From the human T2T-CHM13v2.0 reference genome, Homo sapiens, in assembly GCF_009914755.1 (NCBI RefSeq), contig NC_060930.1: a stretch of 64,000 nt of DNA; one strand, 5' to 3'. Position numbers and translations under genes: made by a program. The notes below the pieces were generated by a model, which saw only the letters and a list, made by a program, of their open reading frames with translations, ran no database searches and was not told where the DNA came from. This document shows positions 53,650 through 64,000 of this stretch, piece by piece. Positions within the stretch are counted from its first letter, which is position 1; every line of letters begins with the position of its first letter.

Positions 53650-53808
53650 GCTGTGCGTGGTGGCTCCTGTCTGTAATCCCAGCTACTTGGGATGCTGAGA
53701 GGGAGGATGGCTTAAGTCCAGGATTTTGAGTACAGCCGGAGCAACATAGTGAATGCCTGTCTCTAAAATAATAATAATAATGATAATAATAATAATAATA
53801 ATAAAAAA
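53650..53808 (+). mobile_element. FLAM monomer with (AAT)n tail
   Basis: Single Alu monomer followed by an AAT microsatellite. Confidence 0.85.
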
Positions 53809-54922
53809 TAACCTAAACATCCTTCTAAATGACCAGTTTCTTATTTCTCTACATAGAACTATGCAGACAGCTCTTCGTGAGATCTTGACTATAGTACAAT
53901 GATTTTTATTATTGACCAACTTCACCCTGCTCCTATACAGACTATAAATTTCTGGGCAGCAGAAATCATCTCTCTTTCATCTTGCATTAAACTAGCACCT
54001 AGTCCAGTGTCTTGAACATAGTAGGCACTCAAAATGTTTGAGAGGCACATGCCTATGTTTTAAAATGTCTGATTTAGGTAATTGGGTCCTCTTGATCATT
54101 TTGCTGGTCTGAGGCTGATGGACATTAACTGATAAACAGACCATCATTGCTTAAATCTCCTCTTTTGTGCATTCTGGAGACACTACCTCTATTACCTGTT
54201 CTTCAGTTGCCCTTACTCACCTCCTCTCTTCACCTCTCTTTCAGTACTTCTTTTTAATTGTTGCTGCTCCTATTCATTAAGCCATTTGAAAATGTGGGCT
54301 TGCTTTCCTGATCGGGCAGCATCTGTGACCCTAAAGGAACTCATGATTCAATCCTTCATGTGAATACTTAATAACACATTTGAAGATAACCTTTTACTTG
54401 CACACTAGATATGCACCAGAATTTAATCTTATTTTCTGCATTTCCTACAATATAAAAGTCAAGTCCCTTACCAAGACTTTTGTTTCAGAGACTTAAGATC
54501 CCATTGCCCTTGATGGGGTTCAGGACTCACTATCCCAAAATATGGAACCTTGGCATATTGGGCATTTTAAGCTGAAGTAATTTGAGAAAACTGCAGAAGT
54601 GGGAAAGTCACTCTCACTTGCTTTCCCACTCCTGCTGCTGGCCTTCTTCCGGTCATAAAACCTGGGAGGATATTCTGACCCTCCCCTGAATAAGGTCATA
54701 AGACTCTCATGTGAGAGATGCTTTCCTTATACCCAGAGGACAGGAATATCCTTCTCTCTGAAGATGAAGGGTAACAGAGAAGAATCTGAACAAACAGGCC
54801 TTTTCCCAGTTAATGGTAATAAACTTCTTCCAGTTTATTACCATTAGATGATACTCTTTTTGCCCTGTCATATTTCTTCATGACTGTCCACTCTTCATCA
54901 AATCTACTATAAAAAACATTCA

Positions 54923-55233
<311 letters not shown>

Positions 55234-55332
55234 TCAGGTTGAACTGTTTCTTCAGGTCTTCATTTCGTTATGAAGGCTCTGGTATCATGTACAATTTATA
55301 TTAAACACATTTCTATGCTTTTCTTTCATTAC

Positions 55333-55566
55333 TTTTTTTTTTTTTTGAGACAATGTCTTGCTCTGTCACCTAGGCTGGGGTGCAGTGGTGCAATCATGGC
55401 TTACTGCAGCCTTTACCTCCCAGGATCAAGCAATCCTCCTGGATTTTTGTAGATACAGTGTCTTCCTATGTTGCCCAGGCTGGTCTCAAACTCCTCAGAT
55501 GAAGCAATCCTCCCACTTTGGTCTCCCAAAATGTTGGGATCACAGGTGTGAGCCACTGTGCCCAGC
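55333..55566 (-). mobile_element. AluJ with internal deletion
   Basis: Antisense Alu missing part of the right arm. Confidence 0.85.
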
Positions 55567-55898
55567 CTCTTTTGTTAATCTTCATTTTGTTATAGGGCCT
55601 CAGCCATGAACCTAGGATAAGTAGAAGGAAAGAAATATTTTTCCTCCCTTCCACCCCCTATATTTGCTGGCTCATTTCCCCCACCTTTCTCCAGAGATCA
55701 CAGATTTTAGCTAATTATGGCTTTTTGCCATTCTTCAGACACGTTCTGCTCTTCCTCATCTCTGAACTTGGTTTTTGTTGATCCCTTTCCTAGAAAGCAC
55801 TCTCCTTCTTTGCCTCTTCTAGCAAAATCCTACTCCTCTTTCAGCCTCTACTTTGTGAAGAGGTCATTGCTTCTGTCCCTAACTCTCCATAATTTCCA

Positions 55899-55926
55899 GA
55901 TGAATGAATGAATGAATGAATGAATG
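55899..55926. repeat. (TGAA)n
   Basis: Seen directly. Confidence 0.9.
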
Positions 55927-56499
55927 GTTTACTTGACAGTTCAGATTTGTTCAACATGAATTTACTACCTCTTTCCTATAAGTCTATTTTTAAAACTTGT
56001 TTTGATTTGATACTCCTGATTGATTAATTAATTTGATTTGTCTTTTTCTTATTCTAGCTTGGGATCCCCTTCAAGTAGTTCTTGAGTCAATTTTTTCAAT
56101 ATCATGATGAGCATATAATAATATATTATTTTGTAGATATTCTTCATTTTTCCCCATATGTAGGCTGTTGGTTTAACCAATTTATAAGCCCGGTGCTGAC
56201 CAAGGCTTGAGTCTTTATTTATTTTTGTGTACATTTAGGTTTCCACTGTCTTAAGACTCAAAGCCTAAAATGGGCATTATTCTCTTTGACGAGTCTTCAT
56301 ATATCACATATGCCTGTAATAGTGTGCATTTTAAGGAAACACGGTGGATTTCTTTTTAAGTGCAGATGGGTTATTATTATGGAAAATAAGACAAAAATAT
56401 CACATTGTATCTTCTAAGAAAATTGAGTGAGAGGAGAAAGTTACTATCTGACTTCGAGTTCATCAGAGAGGCTTAATGACTCACTAGAACAGAGGGCCC

Positions 56500-56765
56500 A
56501 CTGGGAATTCTCAGTTCCACTGGAGAAGTCTTATGCTTGGACTAGATCCAGCTGCTGTGGTCTGCATCCCAACTCCACCGATTGGCAGCTATGTGACTGG
56601 AGCAAGTGATAAACTCCCCGTGCCTCGGTTTCCTTTTCTGTAAGATTGGGAGTAATAATGGTGTGCACGTCACAGGGTTCTTAGGAGAACTAAGGGAGTA
56701 AATATTTGTAAAGCCCTTAGAACAGTGCCAGACACATGGTTAAGTGCTGTAAAGTGTTGTTATTT
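56500..56765 (+). mobile_element. MIR
   Basis: GCTATGTGACTGGAGCAAGT...GTGCCTCGGTTTCC...CTTAGAACAGTGCCAGACAC. Confidence 0.85.
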
Positions 56766-56911
56766 CTGCTTTAGAATTTCTTCCACTTGTTTTTTAAGTT
56801 GGAGAAAAAAAATGCTTGTTCTCACTTTTCTGGGTTTCGATTGGAAGAATTAGAAAACAGTACAAGACTTTGAAGTTCTACACAGGTTCAGCTAACCACC
56901 ATAAATTGCAT

Positions 56912-56935
56912 CCCTGCCGCCCCCGCCCCTCCCCC
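56912..56935 (-). promoter_or_regulatory. GC-box cluster and G-quadruplex motif
   Basis: Minus strand GGGGGAGGGGCGGGGGCGGCAGGG. Confidence 0.5.
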
Positions 56936-58787
56936 TCACAACTATTTGAGGATGCTGCCCTCTCGTGGTCACTCGGCACTGCTTCTATAGCTCAGCCAGT
57001 TTGAATTATATCAGAATTTTCTTTGTCTCCACCTTCCTTTAACTTAAAGGCTCATTTGTCAGAAGTTAGAGTATTGCCCTCTGTGCATTACTCAAAGCAT
57101 ATCTGCTAATAACAGAAACAAAGGTGGATTTCAAAAACTTGAATGCCAAATATAATTGTTATTTCAATGGTTAGAAATGATTAGAAAATGATGTATGAAA
57201 TTACAAAATGTATTGTCTTAGGTGTTTTTACTGATATGTTTGAAAATGAGATAAATAATGGCTAAGTTCACGAGGATCAAGAGGAGATCTCTTTGATAGT
57301 GATTTAGGCATTCCTTTTAGGAAAAAAAAATTATGACCTCTATCAGGTATAGTTATATTTCATATTAAAATTTAGATTGTTATATTAAGATTTTATTACT
57401 TTGGCAACATATTTTCCAAAATTAAAGAGACAAAACTTACAGTCATTAAAATGATAGCTTATGCTGTGTAGGAAGTCTATTAATATTACAGATTTTATGT
57501 TTTTCATGATCAAATTTTCTTTAGTCAGTGCACCAACTGTCTAAACCCTGTTTCTTCAGGAATCTCATATACAGAGATTTATTTTCAGGTGAATTTGTGA
57601 AAAATTCTTCTTTGCCAATTCTTTTGATAACTTACATAACTCTGGAGTACAGTTTGAGGAATGCAGCTCATCTCCACTGGGTGAACCATTATGCAATTCC
57701 CAGCACCAAAAGAGGAACATCAGAAGATCCGTGACTATTTATTTACACATTTGTTATCGTTTCTACTCGAGAATAAAGAATGAGTTTGAACTCTAAAAGC
57801 TCAGCCTGCAGGAAGCCCCATCAGTCTCTCCACACTTCTGCTGTCTTTCCTATTGTAGGCGGAACATTATTCAAACCACAGGCTCCGAACTCCCAGGTAA
57901 CTGAAGCCAGCAGGAAGCTCTGTTTGATATCAAGTATGTTCTTTATCAATCTTTTTGTTGTGATGGGAAGAAATGAACCAGCTTTACTTTTATCTTGCCC
58001 TGTTTTAACATTACCCAGTAGGTGAATGCTTTATTGGTATGCCTTGGCCAAAGTCTTTGATATATACTGATTTTGTGGTCATAAATTTCCCATATTAAAA
58101 ACATTTTTAATGGTTTTCCATCTACGCATACCAACCATAAAGTTTCACATGTCATGTGCTTTTATTAAAAGTATATTTAAAATTCTGCTGATAGGAGTCA
58201 CCACATGGAAAACACAACTTGATTTTCCTTATTAGATGCTGGGAGACAGAAGCCCTTCTGCCATCAGACAGAGTCAAACCTAACAATGCAATCCTGAACT
58301 TTGGGGTCAACATTGTAGACTCTACTGAACACTCAGTCTTCATGCTTTTTTATGTTAGAAAGACTCAGTGAAATAAGAAAATGAATTGCCTTTATTTTTT
58401 TCCTCCGCAAGTAGTTGGTTTTCAATGATCAAGCTAGTTTTGTTTTTTGACACACAGGTAAACTATATATTGAATCTACTCTTCATTCTTTGAAGAATAT
58501 TATTGTGTCATCTTGTTTGGATTCGGTGTCAGTTTTACAGGGAAGGTACCAGTTTGAGCAAAATATAGACATTTAAAGCAGTACACATGTTTAAAATGAT
58601 TTTAAACTTGTGTCTTTATCTTTCCTACATCTTTTTGTTCGATGCACGATCGATTTTGGATGTTGTTTGTTCCAAATCCCCAAAATTCAAATAATTGAAG
58701 TCAAGGAATTCAGATTTTCCTGACAGAAGAAAATTTCGTGAGAACATTTTACACTTTTATTTTAGATCAACATTACTGACTGGTACC

Positions 58788-58858
58788 TTTTAGTACCTTT
58801 TGTGATTTAAAGCCTATAAATATGTTTTTTAGTACCTTTTGTGATTTAAAACCTATAA
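58788..58858 (+). repeat. 32-bp tandem duplication, period 39
   Basis: TTTTAGTACCTTTTGTGATTTAAA(G/A)CCTATAA x2. Confidence 0.9.
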
Positions 58859-59091
58859 CTACTTTAAGTATCAATTATCTCAGGGCTATCTTCATTCCAG
58901 TATTAGAAACAATACATTTATTTAAACACATACTTTTCTCACCTTAGAACATTGTAACCTTCTCACAGAATTAGTGTACTGAGCAAACCTCCATTTGACA
59001 TTATTGCCAGAATATTTAAAGACTATTACTGAAAAGGAATAAATACATGAAAAGACTATTTTATTGTTCTTGTTGAACTTTTCATTTGAAA

Positions 59092-59307
59092 CCAGTGCCT
59101 CGGTCTTGGTGCTACTGACATTTTGGGCTGCATAATTCTTTGTTGTAGGGGCTGCCTTGGGCCTTCTACAATATTTAGCAGTATCCCTGGTCACTACCCA
59201 CCAGATGCCAGTAACACTCCCTCCCCCACTGTAATAACCAAAATGTTTTCAGACATTGCCCAATGTCCTCTGAGGAACTGAATTCCTACCTCCTGCCAGA
59301 ACCACTG
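59092..59307 (+). mobile_element. MER20 DNA transposon
   Basis: CTACTGACATTTTGGGCTG...CAGACATTGCCCAATGTCC...GAACCACTG. Confidence 0.92.
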
Positions 59308-59610
59308 TTTTAAACCAAAAAACTGTGTACCACATTGCTTCTCTTGCAACATCTCCAGTCAGGACTTGGCCATTTTGCATGGCTTCCAAGATCAGATGTA
59401 GGATATATGGTCACATACATGTAGCTACATGTCTCCATATTTTTCTACTTCTTTTCCATCTTCCTCCCTTCAACTATAGCATGCTTCCCCACAAATATGC
59501 ACATGTTGAGGCTAAATTTGCATTATGTTGGCCATCACAGGCTGGAGACTCCAGGAGACCTATGTTTGCATTCTCATCACTCTCCCAAGCCTAAGTCAGT
59601 GCACCCCCCC

Positions 59611-59835
59611 TTTTTTTTATGGAGTCTCGCTCTTTCGCCCAGGCTGGAGTGAGGTGGCACCATCTTGGCTCATGGCAACCTCTGCCCCCCAGATTCAAGT
59701 GATTCTCCTGTCTCAGCCTCCGTAGTAGGTGGGATTACAGGTGTCTGCCTGGTCTTGAACTCCTGACCTCAGGTGATCCACCTGCCTCGGCCTCCCAAAG
59801 TGCTGGATTACAGGCATGAGCCATCTCGCCCAGCC
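59611..59835 (-). mobile_element. AluS with internal deletion
   Basis: Antisense Alu lacking the central linker region. Confidence 0.88.
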
Positions 59836-62522
59836 AGTGCATCCTTAAAAGGATGATCACACCTGTTTCATAGGTGCTGTGGGATTGATTACATAAGGAA
59901 GTGAATTGAAAGAAAACTAATTTCAAGATAACGTTCTTTGTGACAGGCATGAGGTAGGTGATGTATTTAGGTTACACTACATACTCCCAACATTTTACAT
60001 AGAGAGAAATTGTGATGCTGAAAGACAGAATAACTTTTTCAAGGGCATACTGGTGTCAAATAGAGAAGTCACCTGTGCTTTCAAGGTACCTAAAGACTTC
60101 TCACAGTTCCTGAAACAAGGGAAGTTCTCAAGTATTATTCAGCCACTTATCTTCAGGAGGACCAAGGTCTGGTTTGGTTGAATTTTTACTCCATCAAAAA
60201 TCAAATCTAGCAATCTATTAACCCTGCCCATTCTATTCATTTGGATAATAATCCAAAATACTCTGGTAAATTTAGAATTTTATTCAGAGTCCAATTCTTT
60301 TTTATCTTCTTGTTAAGATTCATGTTAACCTTAATTCAATTAGTTGGGAGGTTTACAGTGATGGGAGTTAGTTAAGCATATTTGCTAAGATGTGCTTATT
60401 TCTGTGGCTCCTGGTAACCCTTTCTCACCTGGGTTGCTTTTACGTCTGTGCTTTGTTCTTAATCACTGGCAGATGCAAAAGTGCATCTGTGAGAGAATCC
60501 TACGGTTCTTTGGGCTGCTGGTAATGAACTTTTGACACAGACCTGATTTGGGAGGAAACAGGTGGAGGTAGCAAAAAGAGTTGAAAGCAAATTATTTTTT
60601 CAGATTAAAAAATTTGTTTTCAGGTAGAAAGAAACATTGAGCAGAAAAATGAGATAAAGCAACAACAACAATAATTTTTAGAAGAGGGCGGCATTTTTCT
60701 CAGAGAGATTTTTATTTTGGTCATTTCTATTGGAACATGTCATGAAAATTCCTTGGTATTAGACAGCAAGGCCAGAACAGAGAGAGCAGCTTTGTGGGCT
60801 TTCTTAGAGCAGGAGTCCATGTTGGAACAAGTCCCTGATTGTGTCTTCATCTTGCCACTGGTGTTCTTACTTAGGGGATCTCAGGCCCGTGTGTTTGCAG
60901 ACAGGGGAACATACGGAATGATTTCTTCAGTAGCAAATAATTGAACCCATTGGAAGGACGGTGAGCCTGTTTAAGGGACAACACGGAGGCCAGATTTTCC
61001 ACCTCAGGTTTTTTGCCTATTCTACTTTGTCTTATTGTATTCTTTCAGCTGTAAGAACTATGATTTTATTCCTAGAGTTACATAATCCCAGAGCTGGAAG
61101 GCCTCTATATTCAGGTCTTAAAACAAAACAAAACAAAACAAAACAAAACTCTTTAAAGGCCACAGGACACTTCATTCTGGAAAAAAAAATCTGATATGGA
61201 AAAGAACTGAAAAAAGTGGATCCACCCTGGTCAAAGCTGGGTGTGCAGGCCTGCAGGTCACTGGTGTGCCTGGCTCAGCTCATGTCCTCTCAGACTTGTG
61301 TCATCTTGAACACTACCGGGACTCCTGGGGACTCTGTATCCAACCTCAGAAGATAGAAAGTCCTCGATGATGAGGAAATTGCAGCTAGCAAGTTTGAGTG
61401 GGACGCCCAGGCCACGTGGTTGGCCTCCAGATGCTCAGTCCCTCTGCACCAAATCAAATAGAAGGTCACTGGCCACCAGACCATCTCTGCTGGGATCTCA
61501 GACCTCCCCAGGATGACGGAATGAGAGTTCGGGGTTGTGGCATGTACAAGACTCTATTCTGGTGGCTTTCATACTGGTAACTGGGGCTTCCAAAAATGCT
61601 TCTCAGAGTTTTGGTTACAGTTACAGCAGTAAAAAAAATCCTACCAAGTAGCTTTTAGAAATATTTGATATTTTTCATTTTGAAATTGTCATCTGTCATT
61701 TATCTAATTCTTGTGTTATTGTTTCTGTGCAGCAACATTTGTGATCATATGTCCATCACAGAGAAAGGCTAAGACACAAAAGAATAAACGTCACCAACAC
61801 ATGGAGGCCATGTTAGAGTATGATTTTCTAATTTTAGGTTCAAACGACATTGATGAACATTTTTAATGTATGAAAAACAATTAGGCTGTCATTTGCATTG
61901 GTAACTGTGCAGAGTAAAATTTAATAAGATGGAAAATGTACTAAACAGGAGAGGAAAATGTGTAAAAAATTAAAATGACAAACCAAGGTTAGTAGGGTGT
62001 TGCAAAAACCATTTATGCATACTAAGGTGTAGCCAAATGAAATATGGGCTCAACTTGCCATAAAAGATTTAAAATTTTTATAGAAAATCACTTCAAAATA
62101 TAAAATTATGATTTTATATTTATATGGGCTGTTTTTCTAGAAATGTTGATGTTTATTATCTGTTTTTAACTATCAGTAATTTATATTTGAATGTTAAGGG
62201 CTATGAATATAGAATAGTTGTCAGATTTCAACAGTTCTAAAATAATTGTCTTAATTTCACATGAAACCTATTACAATAAATAGTATTTCTGGCTAGGTAT
62301 AAAAGACATTGGTTTATTTTCCAATAAAATTATAATTCATCTGGTTTATGAGCAGGAGCTTAGAGATCAACTACAATATGAAGCAGTTCAATGTTTAAAT
62401 ATTATTTCTCATTTCATACCTGTGATTCGAAAACCTTTCCTGTTCATACACAAAGTGAGAAAATGTATTTCTAATCACAGCAGTAACCATATACTAATAA
62501 AGACATTGCTGAAATTGAGGTT

Positions 62523-62525
<3 letters not shown>

Positions 62526-62557
<32 letters not shown>

Positions 62558-62561
62558 TGTG
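62526..62561. repeat. (TG)n microsatellite
   Basis: Seen directly. Confidence 0.95.
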
Positions 62562-63637
62562 TTAGTGGGTGCATGGGTTTTGTTTTTTTCTGAACTCTAA
62601 TACACCCAACATACCGGGGGATTTGGAGAGGCCAATAGAGCAAAACGCCATGACTATCCTGTGGTGATGGTCAGCTCACAGTTTGAGAACCTGACGAACA
62701 GCTTGACCGGCCAGCCTGTGGCACCCACAGCGAGTGGCTCTGGATGCAGCTCTCGGACAGGAGAAGTGGGTTCTTCCAAAAGCAAACAAACTCCGACCCA
62801 CGGTCTTCATCTGGGCCCATCAGGTCAACCGTTGTTTTACAGAACATCGGCGATTGTCTTTCTCCTTGTGTCAGGAGCCTCTTGAAACATTATACGAGGA
62901 TAATTAAGTGGTGAATAAGGGTCAATGTGGACAAATAAATCAAACTGATAGTTTGAACACAGACTGATTGAGCAAAAACAAGGAATTCTGCCATGCCTGT
63001 TACTGCAGTGCTTGATGTTAACTGACTTTGTTAACATTACATCCAAAGGCAGCAAGTGGGAAAGCTTTGTGTGGGATCAAAAACTGAGCAAAGAGACACG
63101 GGATTTAATTGTTCAGCTTTATTTTTGAAATAAAGACATGCAGCGCATCTATTTAGTTGACTTTAATGGAGCACGAAACCAAACCCATTCTTTAGCATGC
63201 TAATTGAGCCAGAAGATGCTTTCCTCTCCTGTAACAGAGATGCAAGAAATACCAGTAGAATCATCAGACTTTTGGAGCAGAAGTTCAGAGTTTAAAAATC
63301 TGACGGGAAGTTAAGTCCCTCTATCTCATGAGACAAATGAAATATTCAAGTAAATACAATATAAGCTTATAAATATTTTTAAATCACCTATCACAAGTCT
63401 AGTGGTAGTAAATGTTCATAGAATAAGAAGCTGTTGAAGTCAAATGTATTAACTTATGAAAGAGATTTTGTCAAGCAGAAGGGCAGCCTAGAAATCCTAA
63501 ACAGGAAAGAGAGGGAGAGAAAGACAGACAAAACTCTTTAAAAAGACTTCTGTGTGTCCACAGGTTTGTTCTCTGGGGAAAAAATTATTAGAAATGAAAT
63601 CGAAGGAGAAATCTATCTTAGTAAGGATAAAGAGGAG

Positions 63638-63737
63638 CTATATATATTATATACATATTTATAAATTTTTATTAAAATATATTTTTTATAAATATTCAAA
63701 TATACTTTTATAAATATTTAATATATATATATTTTTT
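63638..63737. repeat. AT-rich low-complexity tract
   Basis: Nearly pure A/T. Confidence 0.85.
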
Positions 63738-64000
63738 ACCACGAACATGCATCTTGACTATTTTATTTGAGTATTGGAATTCAAGTTTTCCTGGCAGTCA
63801 AAATTTCACTTCACTATCCAGCTCTAATGTAGCAGAAATGAATATGTAGTTTAAGCTATAATTTTTTGTCATGTTAATGATCTTAGTTGTTATTTTATAG
63901 TCTTGTTCTAACTTACCATAATGGTGCTTGTGTCCGACAACGTAGGACACTGGATTTAATAATATATCACATATATCTTCATACATGAACAGCATCAATC

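Overview
Human or other great-ape genomic DNA (AluY, THE1, MER9/HML-3 LTRs). It looks gene-poor, intergenic or intronic. I found no credible protein-coding sequence: the ORF-track entries are short and many are Alu, L1 or LTR read-through. Much of the window is interspersed repeat: about 15 Alu/FLAM, old L1, L2, MIR, Tigger1, Tigger4, MER3, MER5, MER20, and more than 20 solo LTRs, with a dense, nested ERV1 cluster at 36.3-49.7 kb. Repeat names are recognised from memory of consensus sequences, so subfamily labels are approximate. I could not identify the locus. The signals that repeats do not explain are: (1) a 142-bp, 94%-identical inverted repeat around a 347-bp spacer, whose inner 61 bp are perfect; (2) a tailless 5S rRNA 5' fragment with a 16-bp TSD inside a MIR; (3) two ~110-155-bp direct duplications 1-2 kb apart; (4) several fold-back micro-duplications; (5) a CTCF-like site with its upstream motif; (6) possible + strand lncRNA splice signals. 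No new biological system can be established from sequence alone. The best lead is the inverted repeat together with the cluster of locally templated copies.
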